DNA of 64,000 nucleotides from contig JAHFSZ010000002.1 in NCBI GenBank assembly GCA_023265515.1, positions 8,358 to 72,357 of the forward strand, in the 5' to 3' direction. The position numbers and the translations under genes were made by a program. The stretch comes from Verrucomicrobiota bacterium (GTDB taxonomy: Bacteria > Verrucomicrobiota > Verrucomicrobiia > JABWAM01 > JAHFSZ01). This document shows positions 63,881 through 64,000 of this stretch, piece by piece. Each line of letters starts with the position of its first letter. The first letter of the stretch is position 1. Under the pieces are notes generated by a model, which had not been told where the DNA came from, searched no databases, and was given only the letters and a program-made list of their open reading frames with translations.

Positions 63881-64000
63881 TCTTGGCGTCTTTGCGGCTT
63901 TGCGCGAGAAAAAATAAGCCGGTTTCGGCTAATATTTATTGATCTGGTCAATCAGCATCCGCAGGCGGCCATAATCACGCCGGTTGAACAGCATCTTGAT

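Noticed and set aside
1-64000. Mobile elements, prophage, integrase or transposase genes
   Set aside because: No recombinase, transposase or phage structural gene signatures were seen in any frame. The AT-rich repeat elements are too short to be IS or MITE copies with recognisable terminal inverted repeats flanking a coding capacity.

Overview
This is a GC-rich (~60%) bacterial chromosomal segment, densely coded and operon-dense, with the feel of a Gram-negative PVC-type (Verrucomicrobia/Planctomycetes-like) genome; that placement is inferred from gene content only. No rRNA or tRNA genes, CRISPR arrays, transposases or integrases were seen. Numerous long antisense 'ORFs' in the track are GC-driven shadow frames and are not reported as genes.

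Gene content in order:
- 1-5.9 kb: a compact biosynthetic block (dapF-dapA-dapB-folK-hisA) followed by a UvrD/PcrA-type helicase.
- 6.1-11.7 kb: tmk, holB, then lptC-like/lptA/lptB directly followed by hprK-ptsH, then a Fur-family regulator.
- 11.7-17.3 kb, minus strand: a five-gene operon mglB-mglA, a 622-aa repeat + helix-hairpin-helix (HhH) + Roadblock/LC7 domain protein, a PilB/GspE-type ATPase, and a TPR + GspE-N-terminal-domain protein. This is the most system-like candidate in the window.
- 17.9-21.3 kb: metH.
- 21-37 kb: a sugar-binding protein, galT-like, a tandem pair of small Cys-motif secreted proteins, thpR, an alpha/beta-hydrolase-like protein that appears to lack the nucleophile Ser, two tandem paralogous clan GH-A glycosidases, a methyltransferase, a DCC-thiol-oxidoreductase/LMF fusion, GT2, lipA and a GT-B glycosyltransferase.
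- 37-42.9 kb: kdsA, ispF, ispD, a PIN/TRAM membrane protein, mlaD/F/E and yqeY.
- 42.9-62 kb, minus strand: a ~19-kb respiratory supercluster. It comprises a 4x[4Fe-4S] polyferredoxin, a HEAT-repeat membrane protein, Rieske, split cytochrome b, an 1139-aa octaheme cytochrome c, an amicyanin-like cupredoxin, ctaA, ctaB, coxA-coxC-coxD, two small membrane ORFs, coxB, a second amicyanin-like cupredoxin paralog, a NosFY-like ABC exporter, SCO1 and DUF420.
- 62-63.9 kb: a BadF-type kinase fused to MurQ etherase.

AT-rich heptamer-periodic (TTCNNNN-type) tandem or inverted repeat arrays sit immediately 5' of several start codons.
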